This document shows, in pieces, positions 49,136-59,823 of a stretch of DNA of 64,000 nt. Numbering within the stretch: position 1 is the stretch's first letter; each line of letters opens with the position of its first letter. A program made the position numbers and the translations under genes. Source of the stretch: Alphaproteobacteria bacterium (GTDB taxonomy: Bacteria > Pseudomonadota > Alphaproteobacteria > UBA828); the NCBI GenBank assembly GCA_009691045.1, contig SHWC01000003.1, positions 7,995 to 71,994 of the forward strand, read 5' to 3'. Under the pieces are notes generated by a model, which was not told where the DNA came from, searched no databases, and saw only the letters and a program-made list of their open reading frames with translations.

Positions 49136-50458
49136 CTAACCACGTTTGTCGAGCGGCACATAGGCGCGCTCGGGTGAGCCGGTATAAAGCTGGCGCGGCC
49201 GGCCGATCTTCTGCTCCGGGTCCTCGATCATTTCTTTCCACTGCGCGACCCAACCGACCGTGCGCGCCACCGCGAACAACACGGTGAACAATTTCGTCGG
49301 GAAGCCGAGCGCTTTCAAAATAATGCCCGAATAGAAATCGACATTCGGGTAGAGCTTGCGCTTATGAAAATACTCGTCTTCCAGGGCGATGCGCTCAAGC
49401 TCCATGGCGATTTCGAGCAGCGGCTCGTCCTTGATACCAAGGTCGGCCAACACCTCATGGCAGGTCTCGCGCATGACGTGCGCGCGCGGGTCGAAATTCT
49501 TGTAGACCCGGTGGCCGAAGCCCATGAGCTTGAAATTATCGTCCTTGTCCTTGGCGCGCTTGATGAACTCGGGGATGCGGTTCTTGTCGCCGATCTCCTT
49601 CAGCATCTTGAGCACCGCCTCGTTGGCCCCGCCATGAGCCGGACCCCAGAGCGTCGCGATGCCGGCCGCGATGCAGGCATAGGGATTGGCGCCCGACGAG
49701 CCGGCCAGGCGCACCGTCGAGGTCGAGGCGTTCTGCTCATGATCGGCGTGCAGGATGAGCAGGCGATCGATCGCGCGCGCGTGGATCGGGTTGCTCTTGT
49801 ACTCCTCGCACGGCACCGCGAACGCCATATGAAGAAAGTTCTCAGCGTAACCGAGGTCGTTGCGCGGATAGATGAACGGCTGGCCGATCGAATATTTATA
49901 GGCCATCGCCGCGATGGTCGGCATCTTCGCGATCAGCCGGTGCGACGCGATCATGCGGTGTGTCGCGTTCTTAATGTTGGTGTCTTCGTGGTAAAACGCT
50001 GCAAGCGCGCCGACCACGCCGATCATCACCGCCATCGGGTGCGAATCACGCCGGAAGCCGCGATAGAGCAATTGGATCTGTTCATGCACCATGGTGTGGC
50101 GCGTGATTGCGGTATCGAATTCGCGCATCTGCGCGGTGCTCGGCAGGTCGCCATTGAGCAGCAGATAGGCAACCTCGAGGAAACTGCTGTTCTCGGCAAG
50201 CTGATCGATCGGATAGCCCCGATGGAGCAGAACGCCCTTTTCGCCATCGATATAGGTGATGCCCGACTGGCAGCTGCCGGTCGACATATAGCCGGGGTCG
50301 TAGGTGAAAATGCCAGAATCTTTGTATAAGCTGCGGACATCGACCACGGATGGCCCAAGTGTGCCGTCATAGACGGGAAACTCGGTGGTCTTGCTGCCGT
50401 CCACCAGTTTGACCGTCCGCGACGGCTTCAATTCCTTGATGACCGTCTTGGTTGGCAT
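49136..50458 (-). CDS. gltA: Citrate synthase (type II)
   Basis: [40 protein letters not shown]. Confidence 0.98.
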   Translation of the reverse strand: MPTKTVIKELKPSRTVKLVDGSKTTEFPVYDGTLGPSVVDVRSLYKDSGIFTYDPGYMSTGSCQSGITYIDGEKGVLLHRGYPIDQLAENSSFLEVAYLLLNGDLPSTAQMREFDTAITRHTMVHEQIQLLYRGFRRDSHPMAVMIGVVGALAAFYHEDTNIKNATHRMIASHRLIAKMPTIAAMAYKYSIGQPFIYPRNDLGYAENFLHMAFAVPCEEYKSNPIHARAIDRLLILHADHEQNASTSTVRLAGSSGANPYACIAAGIATLWGPAHGGANEAVLKMLKEIGDKNRIPEFIKRAKDKDDNFKLMGFGHRVYKNFDPRAHVMRETCHEVLADLGIKDEPLLEIAMELERIALEDEYFHKRKLYPNVDFYSGIILKALGFPTKLFTVLFAVARTVGWVAQWKEMIEDPEQKIGRPRQLYTGSPERAYVPLDKRG

Positions 50459-50633
50459 AGAACACCCCTCAGAGCAAGAAATCGGCCGCCGAGCGGCCAT
50501 AGAAACGGATCAGCGCGAACCTCTCGGCTCGCGCGTCTTTCGAACCCTAGCGTCAATCCATTAACCAAATCATAGAGCCGTCAGCCAGGGTTTTCAATGA
50601 AGGCCAATTGACCTTGGCCCTCCCTTTGGGGGC

Positions 50634-52037
50634 TCAGGAATTTGTTAGATCGCCGATCCGGGCGAGGACTTCCTCCCGGCCGAGGGCGGCCATTACGTCG
50701 AAAATACCGGGTGAAACGGTCGAGCCGGTGAGGGCCGCCCGAAGCGGCTGGGCGATGGCACCGAGTTTGACGCCCGCACCCTCGGCCGAGGTCCGAACAC
50801 AGGCCTCAAGCGACGCATTGTCCCAGGCGGGGAGGGCGGCGAGCGCTTGCCCTACAAGGCCGAGTAGGCGTCGCGCTTCGGCCGACACTAATTTGGCGGC
50901 CTGGGCATCGAGTGTGAGTGGCCGGGTGCGAAACAGAAAGAGCGCGCCATCGGCGATCTCGATCATTGTTTGCGCGCGCGGGCGAAGCCCGGGCAAGGCG
51001 GCGTCGAGCCGGGCGCGCTCGGTCGTGTCGAGGGGGCGACCCAGCGTGGTCTCGATGCGCGCCGTGACCGGCGGGAGCAAAATTTTTGGGTCGGCCTCTT
51101 TGATGTAGTGCGCGTTGAGGCTGAGCAATTTTTCCATGTCGAAGCGCGCGGGCGAACGGCCGACCGCCTCGAGCCCGAACCATTGGATCGCCTGTTGGGT
51201 CGGGATGATCTCGTCATCGCCATGGCTCCAGCCCAACCGCAACAAATAATTCCGCATCGCTTCGGGCAGGAGACCCAAGGTCGCATAGGCATCGAGCGCG
51301 ACCGCGCCATGGCGCTTCGAAAGCTTGGCGCCATCAGCGCCGTGGATCAGCGGAATATGGGCGTAGCGTGGGGGCTGCCAGTCACAGGCCAGAAAGAGTT
51401 GGGTCTGACGAAACGCGTTGGTCAAATGATCATCGCCACGGATGGCGTGGGTGATGTTCATGTCATGGTCATCGACCACGACGGAAAGCATGTAGGTCGG
51501 CGTGCCATCGGCACGCAACAGCACCATGTCGTCGAGTTCGGCATTGGCGACGGCGACGCGGCCCTGAACCAAGTCCTCGACCACGGTCTCACCCGATTGA
51601 GGTGCCTTGAAGCGAATCACCGGCTTGATGTCGGGCGGGGCGTCCTTCGGGTCGCGGTCGCGCCAGCGCCCGTCATAGCGCGGCGAACGACCTTCGGCAC
51701 GCGCGCGTTCGCGCATCTCCGTAAGTTCGGCTGGTGAGCAATAGCAATGATAGGCCTTGCCTTGGGCAAGGAGACCGCGTGCGATTTCGGCATGGCGAGA
51801 AGCCCGCGCGAATTGAAAAACCGGCTCGCCATCCCAATCGAGTTCGAGCCAGCGGAGGCCTTCAAGGATCGCGCGCACGGCATCCTCGGTCGAGCGCTCG
51901 CGATCAGTGTCTTCGATGCGGAGCAGAAACTTGCCCTTGTGATGACGGGCAAAGAGCCAATTGAACAAGGCGGTGCGCGCGCCGCCGATATGGAGATAGC
52001 CAGTCGGCGAGGGGGCAAAACGGGTAATCACGGTCAT
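50634..52037 (-). CDS. gltX: Glutamate--tRNA ligase
   Basis: [28 protein letters not shown]. Confidence 0.96.
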   Translation of the reverse strand: MTVITRFAPSPTGYLHIGGARTALFNWLFARHHKGKFLLRIEDTDRERSTEDAVRAILEGLRWLELDWDGEPVFQFARASRHAEIARGLLAQGKAYHCYCSPAELTEMRERARAEGRSPRYDGRWRDRDPKDAPPDIKPVIRFKAPQSGETVVEDLVQGRVAVANAELDDMVLLRADGTPTYMLSVVVDDHDMNITHAIRGDDHLTNAFRQTQLFLACDWQPPRYAHIPLIHGADGAKLSKRHGAVALDAYATLGLLPEAMRNYLLRLGWSHGDDEIIPTQQAIQWFGLEAVGRSPARFDMEKLLSLNAHYIKEADPKILLPPVTARIETTLGRPLDTTERARLDAALPGLRPRAQTMIEIADGALFLFRTRPLTLDAQAAKLVSAEARRLLGLVGQALAALPAWDNASLEACVRTSAEGAGVKLGAIAQPLRAALTGSTVSPGIFDVMAALGREEVLARIGDLTNS

Positions 52038-52096
52038 AGGCGGCGCTCGATCTTTCGGTCAGGATGCCCGGTTCGGGCTTGCGGCGGTGTAGCACA

Positions 52097-54286
52097 ATGG
52101 TGCTCAGGGCGGAACCGACGGTCCCCACCGATTGGCCAGGCATCGATCACGATGCCCCACGGTCTGACGCGTGGTCGGGGCGGATAGGCGACGTGGTCTT
52201 GGCTTGGCTCATGGCGGAACGCGACCGCTGGGTGCTGTGGCTGCCCGTTTTGCTTGCCCTTGGGGTGGTGCTCTATTTCCACCTGCCGATCGAGCCGCCG
52301 ATTTGGCCGGCGCTCGCGGCGGCGTTCGGGCTTGGTGTCGTCGCCCTTCTGTTGTTTCGGCGCTATGGCGTGGTCGCGCTCGCGCTCATCGCGTGCGGTA
52401 CGATTGCGCTCGGCTTCGGTGTCGCGGGCTTGCGCACGCAGGCGGTAAGCGCACCGATCCTCGATGCACCGCTTGGTCCCGTCATGGTGAGCGGTGAGGT
52501 GGTCGAGGCCGGCACGGGCGAGCGCGAGCGGCGCGTCGTGCTCGAAGATTTGTTGATCGATGGGCTCGCGCCTGCGGCGACACCCGAGCGCGTGCGCCTG
52601 ACGCTGCGGGGCAAAGCGGCGGAGGGCGACATGGTCGTGCCGGGTGCGCGGCTCAGCGTGCGCGCGCATCTGCAACCGCCGCCCGAGCCGACCGCCCCCG
52701 ATGCGTGGGACTTCGCGCGCCAAGCCTATTTCGAGCGGATCGGCGGGATCGGCTATGCCATCGCGGTGCCCGTGCTGATCGCGCCACCTGAAGGTGGCGG
52801 CTTTTGGGCGCGGGTCGAGCGTGTTCGTCATGCGGTGAGCCGACGCTTCAACGCGGGTCTCGAGGGCGAGGTCGGCCCCTTTGGCGCGGCGCTCTTGATC
52901 GGCGATCGCAGCGCGATGTCGGAAGATTTGATGGGCGCGATGCGTGATTCAGGCTTGGCGCATCTCATCACGATTTCGGGTCTCAATCTTGGTCTGGTCG
53001 CCGGCTTCGTGTTCGTCGTGTTGCGGGCTGGGCTCGCGCTCGTGCCGGCGCTCGCTCTGCGCTATCCGATCAAAAAATGGGCCGCCTTTGGCGCGCTGGT
53101 CGCGACTTTCGGGTATTTCCTTCTGTCGGGCGGCGGCGTGCCGACCGAGCGCGCGTTTCTGATGACCGCCTTGGTGCTGGTCGCGGTCATGCTGGATCGC
53201 ACCAGTCTATCAATGCGGCTCCTTATGTGGGCCGCGTTTGTTGTCATTTTTTGTTTTCCCGAGGCGGTGCTTGGTCCCAGTTTTCAAATGTCGTTCGGCG
53301 CGACGATCGCGCTGATCGCGGCCTATGAAGCCGTGCGCGGCCCGCTTGCTAAGCTCGCCGCTAGAACGCCCTTCTGGCAGCGACCGGCGTTTTATTTGGC
53401 CGCGGTTGGCTTCACCTCTTTGGTGGCGGGCATCGCGACCGGTCCGTTCGCGCTCTATCACTTCAATCGGTTTGCCGATTATGGCCTGGTCGCCAATCTA
53501 ATTGCCGTGCCATTGACCGGTCTTTGGGTCATGCCCTGGGGGCTCATCGCGCTTCTCCTGATGCCGTTCGGCGCGGAATGGCCGGCGCTCGCGCCCATGT
53601 CGCTCGGGCTTGAAGGCATCGCGGCAACCGCGCGCCTGGTGGCGTCGTGGCCAGGCGCGGTCTCGCTGGTGCCCGCCATGCCTGGTCTCGCGCTGGTCTT
53701 GATTGTGTTTGGCGGGCTCTGGCTTTGCCTCTGGCGACGACGGGCGCGCCTCCTCGGCGTCCTGCCCATGATCGCGGCGTTGGTCGTGATTGCGCTCGCG
53801 CGACCGCCTGATCTTCTGATCGACGGCGCCGCCAAACTCTTTGCCGCACGCGCGCCCGATGGGGGCCTCTGGCTATCATCCGAGCGGCAGGGCCGCTTTC
53901 TTGGAGAGGCTTGGTTGAGGCAGGCGGGGCAATCCGAAGCGGGGCCATGGCTGATTGCGCGCGATGATCAGCCTTGCGATGGCGAGGCCTGCGCTTTTTC
54001 GATCGCGGGACGCAGCGTGTCGGTGGTCAGCGGCCGCGGCGCGCTTGCTGAAGAATGCCGCCGCGCCGATGTGCTGATTGCGTTGATCCCGCTCCACGCC
54101 GCCTGTCGCGGGCCGGCGATTAAGATCGATCGCTTCGATCTATGGCGCGAAGGCACCCACGCGCTCTGGCTGGATGACGATGAGATCCGGGTGCGGACGG
54201 TGCGGGAGGCGAGGGGCGAACGGCGAACGGCCCTGGGCGCCGCTACGTCGTTCAGCGCGGCAACGCGCCGCCGCGCGCGATGGTGA
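52097..54286 (+). CDS. comEC: ComEC/Rec2 competence protein (start uncertain; extreme C-terminus apparently frameshifted)
   Basis: OB-fold-like DUF4131 region, SGLAHLITISGLN, PSFQMSF, ANLIAVP; divergent from gltX. Confidence 0.9.
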   Translation: MVLRAEPTVPTDWPGIDHDAPRSDAWSGRIGDVVLAWLMAERDRWVLWLPVLLALGVVLYFHLPIEPPIWPALAAAFGLGVVALLLFRRYGVVALALIACGTIALGFGVAGLRTQAVSAPILDAPLGPVMVSGEVVEAGTGERERRVVLEDLLIDGLAPAATPERVRLTLRGKAAEGDMVVPGARLSVRAHLQPPPEPTAPDAWDFARQAYFERIGGIGYAIAVPVLIAPPEGGGFWARVERVRHAVSRRFNAGLEGEVGPFGAALLIGDRSAMSEDLMGAMRDSGLAHLITISGLNLGLVAGFVFVVLRAGLALVPALALRYPIKKWAAFGALVATFGYFLLSGGGVPTERAFLMTALVLVAVMLDRTSLSMRLLMWAAFVVIFCFPEAVLGPSFQMSFGATIALIAAYEAVRGPLAKLAARTPFWQRPAFYLAAVGFTSLVAGIATGPFALYHFNRFADYGLVANLIAVPLTGLWVMPWGLIALLLMPFGAEWPALAPMSLGLEGIAATARLVASWPGAVSLVPAMPGLALVLIVFGGLWLCLWRRRARLLGVLPMIAALVVIALARPPDLLIDGAAKLFAARAPDGGLWLSSERQGRFLGEAWLRQAGQSEAGPWLIARDDQPCDGEACAFSIAGRSVSVVSGRGALAEECRRADVLIALIPLHAACRGPAIKIDRFDLWREGTHALWLDDDEIRVRTVREARGERRTALGAATSFSAATRRRARW

Positions 54287-54301
54287 GGAGAGAACGACCC
54301 C

Positions 54302-55024
54302 CTAATAGCGCCGCATCAAGCCGACCAGCCGGCCCTGCACGCGCACGCGGCTCGGCCCGAAAATACGCGTCTCATAGGCCGGGTTGGCGGGTTCGAGCGC
54401 GATTGATTCGCCCTTGCGGCGGAGCCGCTTCAAGGTCACTTCGCTGTCATCGACAAGCGCGACCACGATGGCGCCGTTCTCGGCGGTCTCACAACGCTGG
54501 ATGAGCGCTGTATCGCCATCGAAAATACCGGCGTTGATCATCGAATCGCCCTCGACTTCGAGCGCGTAATGCTCGCCCGAGCCCAATAGGCTCGAGGGCA
54601 GTTCGAGGCGGGTAGATTCATCGCGGAGCGCCTCGATCGGCACGCCGGCCGCGATCCGCCCATAGAGCGGAACCGAAACGACACGCGCGCGCGCGGCGCT
54701 GCCGCCTCGTTCCTGCTGTTGGCCGAAATCGCCGGGAATGACATTGCCACGCAGGCCGCCGCTGGAAGGCACCAAATGTGGGCGGTCTTCGCCGCCCACG
54801 GCAATGCGCTGCTGGGGCACCTTGACCACTTCAAGCGCGCGCGCGCGATGCGGCAGACGGCGGAGAAACCCGCGCTCCTCGAGCGCCGTAACCAGCCGGT
54901 GAATGCCCGATTTCGAGCGCAGCTTGACCGCCTCTTTCATCTCCTCGAAGGAGGGGGCGGTGTGGTGGCTCTTCATATGGGAATCGATGAAGAGAAGGAG
55001 TTCGAGCTGCTTTTTGGTCAGCAT
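54302..55024 (-). CDS. lexA: SOS repressor LexA
   Basis: [27 protein letters not shown] cleavage site, GDSM (Ser) and VTLKR (Lys). Confidence 0.97.
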   Translation of the reverse strand: MLTKKQLELLLFIDSHMKSHHTAPSFEEMKEAVKLRSKSGIHRLVTALEERGFLRRLPHRARALEVVKVPQQRIAVGGEDRPHLVPSSGGLRGNVIPGDFGQQQERGGSAARARVVSVPLYGRIAAGVPIEALRDESTRLELPSSLLGSGEHYALEVEGDSMINAGIFDGDTALIQRCETAENGAIVVALVDDSEVTLKRLRRKGESIALEPANPAYETRIFGPSRVRVQGRLVGLMRRY

Positions 55025-55046
55025 GTCGCGGTCTCCACACAAAATC

Positions 55047-55101
55047 GAACAAACAAGAAACGTTCGGTAAGCGTTCTAGGTAGGTTCCGCGCCGCTGTCA
55101 A
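55047..55101 (-). promoter_or_regulatory. lexA promoter with alphaproteobacterial SOS boxes
   Basis: GTTC at 55062, 55073 and 55084, each separated by 7 nt; inverted GAAC-N7-AAAC at 55047-55061; minus-strand TTGACA-N17-TAGAAC. Confidence 0.85.
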
Positions 55102-55123
55102 GGCCCTGGGGGGAGGGCCGCGC

Positions 55124-56326
55124 TCAGAGATCGTCTAGCCTGATGATCGGTACGCGGCTGCCGGCCTTGGCGCCGGGCGCGCGCGGCGGGCGTACGATCA
55201 AGCACCCGGCCTTCGCCATGAGCGACATCATCGAGCTGTCTTGCTTGGCAAAAGGCGCGACATGAATCTGGCCGTCAGGCCCCAATTTGAGGCTGGCTCT
55301 GACATAGTCTTGGCGCTCGTCATTGGCCGTGAGGTCGACATCCACCAACGCGGTTTCGCTCTGGTCACCGTCCTCGGTCAGACCAAGCATGCGACCGATC
55401 GCGGGCTTCAAAAAGAGGATCGCACAGACCAGGGTCGAAACCGGGTTGCCCGGCAGGCCGAGGAGGCGGGTATCGCCGAGCCTGCCGAACATCAGCGGTT
55501 TGCCCGGGCGCATGGCGATCTTCCAGAAATCGAGCTGTAGTCCAATTCCGCCCAGCACATCGCGGACCAAATCATGCTCCCCGACCGAGGCGCCGCCGGT
55601 TGTCACCAGCAAATCAGCGCCACGCGCGCCGGCGGCCAGCGCCGTGAGCGAGCCCGCATTGTCGAGCGCGATGCCAAGACTGATTGGCTCCCCGCCAAAA
55701 CGACGGATCGCGGCGATTAACGCCAACGCGTTCGAGCTAACGATTTGATTGTCGCCAATCGGCTCACCCGGCATGACGATTTCATCGCCGGTCGCCAGCA
55801 CAGCGACACGCGGCTTTCGGGTCACGCGAAGCCACGGCACGTTCATCGCCGCGGCAAAACCGATGGCCCGCGCATTGAGCCGCCGTCCGGCCTCAAGACC
55901 GACCTCGCCCGCTTTGAAATCGAGACCCGCGGGTCGAACATTGCGGCCGAGTGCGGTGCCGTGTCGCACGCTTAGATGTGCCCCATCGGCCTCGACGTTT
56001 TCTTGGATGACGACAGTATCGGCGCCTTCCGGGAGTGGCGCACCCGTGAAAATGCGCACGGCTTCGCCCGGTCCAACCTTGCCCCCATAGCGCCCACCGG
56101 CATGAACAACGCCAATCTGGCGCAATTCGGCCGGTGCCACCGCAACATCGGCGCCGCGCACGGCATATCCATCCATCGCGGAGACGGGCCAGGGCGGTTG
56201 GGTAAGGCGTGCTTTGACAGGTTCAGCCAGAACGCGGCCATCGGCCTCGGCCAGGCTGATTGTTTCGGCAGGTTGGCGCTCGAATGAATCGAGAATGCGC
56301 GCTTTCGCTTCGGCGACGCTGAGCAT
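55124..56326 (-). CDS. moeA: Molybdopterin molybdotransferase
   Basis: SAMDGYA, RIFTGAP.P.GAD, TGGASVG, PGKP, LPGNPVS. Confidence 0.96.
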   Translation of the reverse strand: MLSVAEAKARILDSFERQPAETISLAEADGRVLAEPVKARLTQPPWPVSAMDGYAVRGADVAVAPAELRQIGVVHAGGRYGGKVGPGEAVRIFTGAPLPEGADTVVIQENVEADGAHLSVRHGTALGRNVRPAGLDFKAGEVGLEAGRRLNARAIGFAAAMNVPWLRVTRKPRVAVLATGDEIVMPGEPIGDNQIVSSNALALIAAIRRFGGEPISLGIALDNAGSLTALAAGARGADLLVTTGGASVGEHDLVRDVLGGIGLQLDFWKIAMRPGKPLMFGRLGDTRLLGLPGNPVSTLVCAILFLKPAIGRMLGLTEDGDQSETALVDVDLTANDERQDYVRASLKLGPDGQIHVAPFAKQDSSMMSLMAKAGCLIVRPPRAPGAKAGSRVPIIRLDDL

Positions 56327-56329
56327 TGC

Positions 56330-57607
56330 CTAGTCCGCCCGAAACTCGCCGGACTTGCCACCCGCTTTATGCACCAAGCGTAGATCGGTGATGCGCATGG
56401 CCCGATCGATCGCCTTGCACATGTCATAGACGGTCAAGGCAGCGACCGAGGCGGCGGTGAGCGCCTCCATCTCAACCCCGGTGCGTGCCGTGATCTTGCA
56501 GGTGGCCACGATATCGACCGCGTTGCGCGCGGGATCGCAGGTCAAATCGAGCGTCACGGCATCGAGCGCAAGCGGATGGCAGAGCGGAATCAATTCGGGT
56601 GTTTTTTTCGCCGCCATGATGCCGGCCAATCGCGCGACCGAGAGCACATCGCCCTTCTTGATGCCACCCTCCATGATCCGCTTCAGCGTTTCGGGCCGCA
56701 TCAGCACGCTGGCCGCCGCTGTCGCCGTGCGCTCGGTGGTCGATTTGGTCGAGACGTCGACCATATGCGCGCGGCCCTCTCGATCGAAGTGGCTTAGTCC
56801 ATCGGCCGGGCTGGCTCCGGCGCCGAGCAAGGTGCGTGTCGCCAACGCGACGTCCGCCTGGCGCATCAGCGATTCGCCGACCAGGAAGCGGCGCACGCCG
56901 ATCGCCGCCATGCGCACTAGGTCGGCATGGTGTTCAAGCCCGCTCTCGCAAACGACGTCGCGGCCGGCCGGTACGCGTGGCGCGAGCCGCTCGCTGACCG
57001 CGAGGTCAACCTTCAAGGATTTCAAATCGCGATTGTTGATGCCGATCAAGCGTGATTTGAGCTTGAGCGCGCGATCGAGCTCGGCCTCGTTATGAACTTC
57101 AATCAGCGTGTCCATGCCGAACTCGCTTGCCGCCGCTTCGAGCTCGGCGGCTTGGTCATCGGCCAAGGCGGCCATGATAAGCAAAATACAATCGGCGCCG
57201 AGCGCGCGCGCCTCGACCACTTGATAGGGGTCGAGCATGAAATCCTTGCGCAAGGTCGGCAATGAAACGGCATTGCGGGCGAGGGCAAGGAAACGATCCT
57301 CGCCTTGGAAATAAGGTACGTCGGTCAACACCGAGAGGCACGCAGCACCGCCATCCTGATAGGCGCGGGCGAGGGAAGGTGGGTCGAAATCGGCACGGAT
57401 CAGGCCTTTGCTCGGCGAGGCTTTCTTGATCTCGGCGATCAAAGCGAGGCCGCTGCCGGCGGCCCGCCGCGCCAGGGCCGCGGCAAAGCCGCGCGGTGGG
57501 TTCGCCGCTTTGGCCTCGGCGAGCAAGGCCGCGAGTGGGCGCGCCGATTTCTGGCGCTGAATATGGTGCCATTTATCGGCGCAAATGCGGGCGAGCGTGT
57601 CGCTCAT
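56330..57607 (-). CDS. Indole-3-glycerol phosphate synthase / cyclic pyranopterin monophosphate synthase (TrpC-MoaC) fusion ORF
   Basis: aa ~1-262 match TrpC ([39 protein letters not shown]). aa ~271-425 match MoaC ([39 protein letters not shown]). Confidence 0.9.
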   Translation of the reverse strand: MSDTLARICADKWHHIQRQKSARPLAALLAEAKAANPPRGFAAALARRAAGSGLALIAEIKKASPSKGLIRADFDPPSLARAYQDGGAACLSVLTDVPYFQGEDRFLALARNAVSLPTLRKDFMLDPYQVVEARALGADCILLIMAALADDQAAELEAAASEFGMDTLIEVHNEAELDRALKLKSRLIGINNRDLKSLKVDLAVSERLAPRVPAGRDVVCESGLEHHADLVRMAAIGVRRFLVGESLMRQADVALATRTLLGAGASPADGLSHFDREGRAHMVDVSTKSTTERTATAAASVLMRPETLKRIMEGGIKKGDVLSVARLAGIMAAKKTPELIPLCHPLALDAVTLDLTCDPARNAVDIVATCKITARTGVEMEALTAASVAALTVYDMCKAIDRAMRITDLRLVHKAGGKSGEFRAD

Positions 57608-58647
57608 GATAAATCGGTCGGCGGTGGGCGGTTGGTGATTGCGATCAAGGCTTCGAGCGCGGCGCGCGCACGGCCGGTATCGACCGCCCGCGCGGCCAGC
57701 TGAAGCCCGGCTTTAAGGTCGGGTGCCTTGTCGGCGATGACCAAAGCGGCGGCGGCGTTCAACAACACGATGTCGCGCAACGGCCCCTTGGCGCCATCGA
57801 GCAACTCGCGCAGGAGGCGCGCGTTCTCTTCGCCATCGCCGCCGCGTAAATCTTCGAGCCTGGCCCGTGGCAGACCGACCTCCTCGGGCGTGATCTCGAA
57901 ACGCCGCACCTGGCCACCCTTGAGTTCGGCGATGTGGCTCGGGCCTGTTGTCGTCAGTTCATCGAGACCATCAGCGCCATGCACGACCCAAACGCGTTCG
58001 GCACCGAGATTGCGTAAAACGTGGGCTATCGGTTCGAGCCATTCGGCGGCAAAGACGCCGAGCAATTGACGTTTGGCCCCAGCCGGATTGGAGAGCGGTC
58101 CGAGCAGATTGAAAATCGTCCTGACGCCGAGCTCGACTCGTGCCGGCGCGACATGGCGCATCGCGCCATGATGGCGTGGGGCCATCATGAAGCCGATATT
58201 GGCCATGCGGAGCGCTTCTTCGATCAGCGGCACTTCGGCATCGAGATTGACGCCAAGCGCGCCAAGCAAATCCGCCGAACCTGAGCGCGACGAGAGCGCG
58301 CGATTGCCGTGTTTGGCCACCGGCACACCGGCGCCCGCCACGATGAGTGCCGCCGCGGTTGAAATGTTGAAGCTGCCGCTCGCATCGCCGCCCGTGCCAC
58401 ACGTGTCGATCGCGTGTGACGGCGCGGTGACTTTTACGACTCGTGCACGGAGTGCGAGCGCGCCGCCCGTGATCTCCTCGATTGTTTCGCCGCGCACCCG
58501 AAGGCCCATCAAGAACGCGCCCATCTGCGCCGGAGTCGCTTCGCCGGCCATCATGAGTCCAAACGCGTGACGTGCTTGTTCGACGCCGAGTCTCTCGCCC
58601 GCCGCGACGTGCCGCAGCACGGATTTCATGTCCTCAACTTGGCTCAT
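57604..58647 (-). CDS. trpD: Anthranilate phosphoribosyltransferase
   Basis: [33 protein letters not shown]. Start could be 58647 or 58668. Confidence 0.95.
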   Translation of the reverse strand: MSQVEDMKSVLRHVAAGERLGVEQARHAFGLMMAGEATPAQMGAFLMGLRVRGETIEEITGGALALRARVVKVTAPSHAIDTCGTGGDASGSFNISTAAALIVAGAGVPVAKHGNRALSSRSGSADLLGALGVNLDAEVPLIEEALRMANIGFMMAPRHHGAMRHVAPARVELGVRTIFNLLGPLSNPAGAKRQLLGVFAAEWLEPIAHVLRNLGAERVWVVHGADGLDELTTTGPSHIAELKGGQVRRFEITPEEVGLPRARLEDLRGGDGEENARLLRELLDGAKGPLRDIVLLNAAAALVIADKAPDLKAGLQLAARAVDTGRARAALEALIAITNRPPPTDLS

Positions 58648-58828
58648 CGCCGGTTCGCTCAGCTCCATTGAATTCGATCGCAGCAAACCGGTCGGCGAGG
58701 TCGCCGTCAAGGGCGACACAGACGATTGCGCGCATCTTTTACTTAGTTTCTTTGCCACGCCGCGCGAATCGCATTAGTAGAGCCTCAATACGCAAGAGAA
58801 CCTTTGGTACTCGCCGCTCAGGGAAAAA

Positions 58829-59809
58829 ATGAACCAAATCGGACGTCGTTACGGACATCGGACTTTCGCGCGGCGCGGCAGCGCCCGCGGCAAGGGAATC
58901 GGATTCGGCGCGGCTGTGTTGGCCGCGCTTCTTTTTTCAAAGCCGGGCGCGAACACTGTTTATGAGACCGAGGTGCTGACCAGCGCGTTGGCCAGCGAGA
59001 CGCCGTTTGGCGTATCGGAGATCGTCACGACCGGGCCACGCCTGATCGCCCTGGCCAGCCTTCAGATGCCCAAGCTCGCTTTGCAGTCGCCGCCATGGCG
59101 GCGCTTTGCCAGTGTCGCGCAAATTCGGGCCGGCCAACCGGCGATTGCTATCGTCATGGACGACCTTGGTGGGTCTCTGAACCAGGTCGAGGATGTGCTG
59201 GGGCTGGATCCCGCATTGACCTTGTCGTTCCTGCCCGGCGGCGCCGATGCACCGCGGTTCGCCGCCATGGCCCATGAGGCGGGGCACGATGTGATGGTCC
59301 ATATGCCGATGGAGCCGAATGACCCGGGCGTCAATCCTGGCAAGGGGGCGCTCCTGACCGATCAAGACGCCGCCATGCTCGGGCGCAGACTGAACGCGAG
59401 CTTGGATCGCTTCGAAGGCTATGTGGGAATCAACAATCACATGGGCAGCCGGTTCACGCGCGATCGACGCGCGATGACGGTGGTGCTCGACGAATTGAAG
59501 GCGCGGGGTCTGATGTTCCTCGATTCGAAAACAACGCTGGGGTCGCAGGCATCGGATTTGGCCAAGGGCCTTCGGTTGCCGCTCGCTGAGCGCGATGTTT
59601 TTATCGATAATGACAGCACGCCCGAGGCAATTGCCGGTCAGCTTGCGCGTCTCGAAAATCTGGCGCGCGAGCGGGGTGTTGCGGTCGCGATCGGCCATCC
59701 CCATGCCACGACGCTTGGAGCGCTCCGCGAATGGCTGCCTCTCGCGCGGGCGCGCGGGCTTGCGATCGTGCCCATCAGCTATGTCGCGGCGTTGAACTGC
59801 GATTGCTGA
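58829..59809 (+). CDS. Divergent polysaccharide deacetylase family (YibQ-like) protein
   Basis: IAIVMDDLG, HMPMEP, GINNHMGS, FLDSKT, RDVFID, AIGHP; N-terminal hydrophobic anchor. Confidence 0.92.
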   Translation: MNQIGRRYGHRTFARRGSARGKGIGFGAAVLAALLFSKPGANTVYETEVLTSALASETPFGVSEIVTTGPRLIALASLQMPKLALQSPPWRRFASVAQIRAGQPAIAIVMDDLGGSLNQVEDVLGLDPALTLSFLPGGADAPRFAAMAHEAGHDVMVHMPMEPNDPGVNPGKGALLTDQDAAMLGRRLNASLDRFEGYVGINNHMGSRFTRDRRAMTVVLDELKARGLMFLDSKTTLGSQASDLAKGLRLPLAERDVFIDNDSTPEAIAGQLARLENLARERGVAVAIGHPHATTLGALREWLPLARARGLAIVPISYVAALNCDC

Positions 59810-59823
59810 TTCGCGGTCCCACT

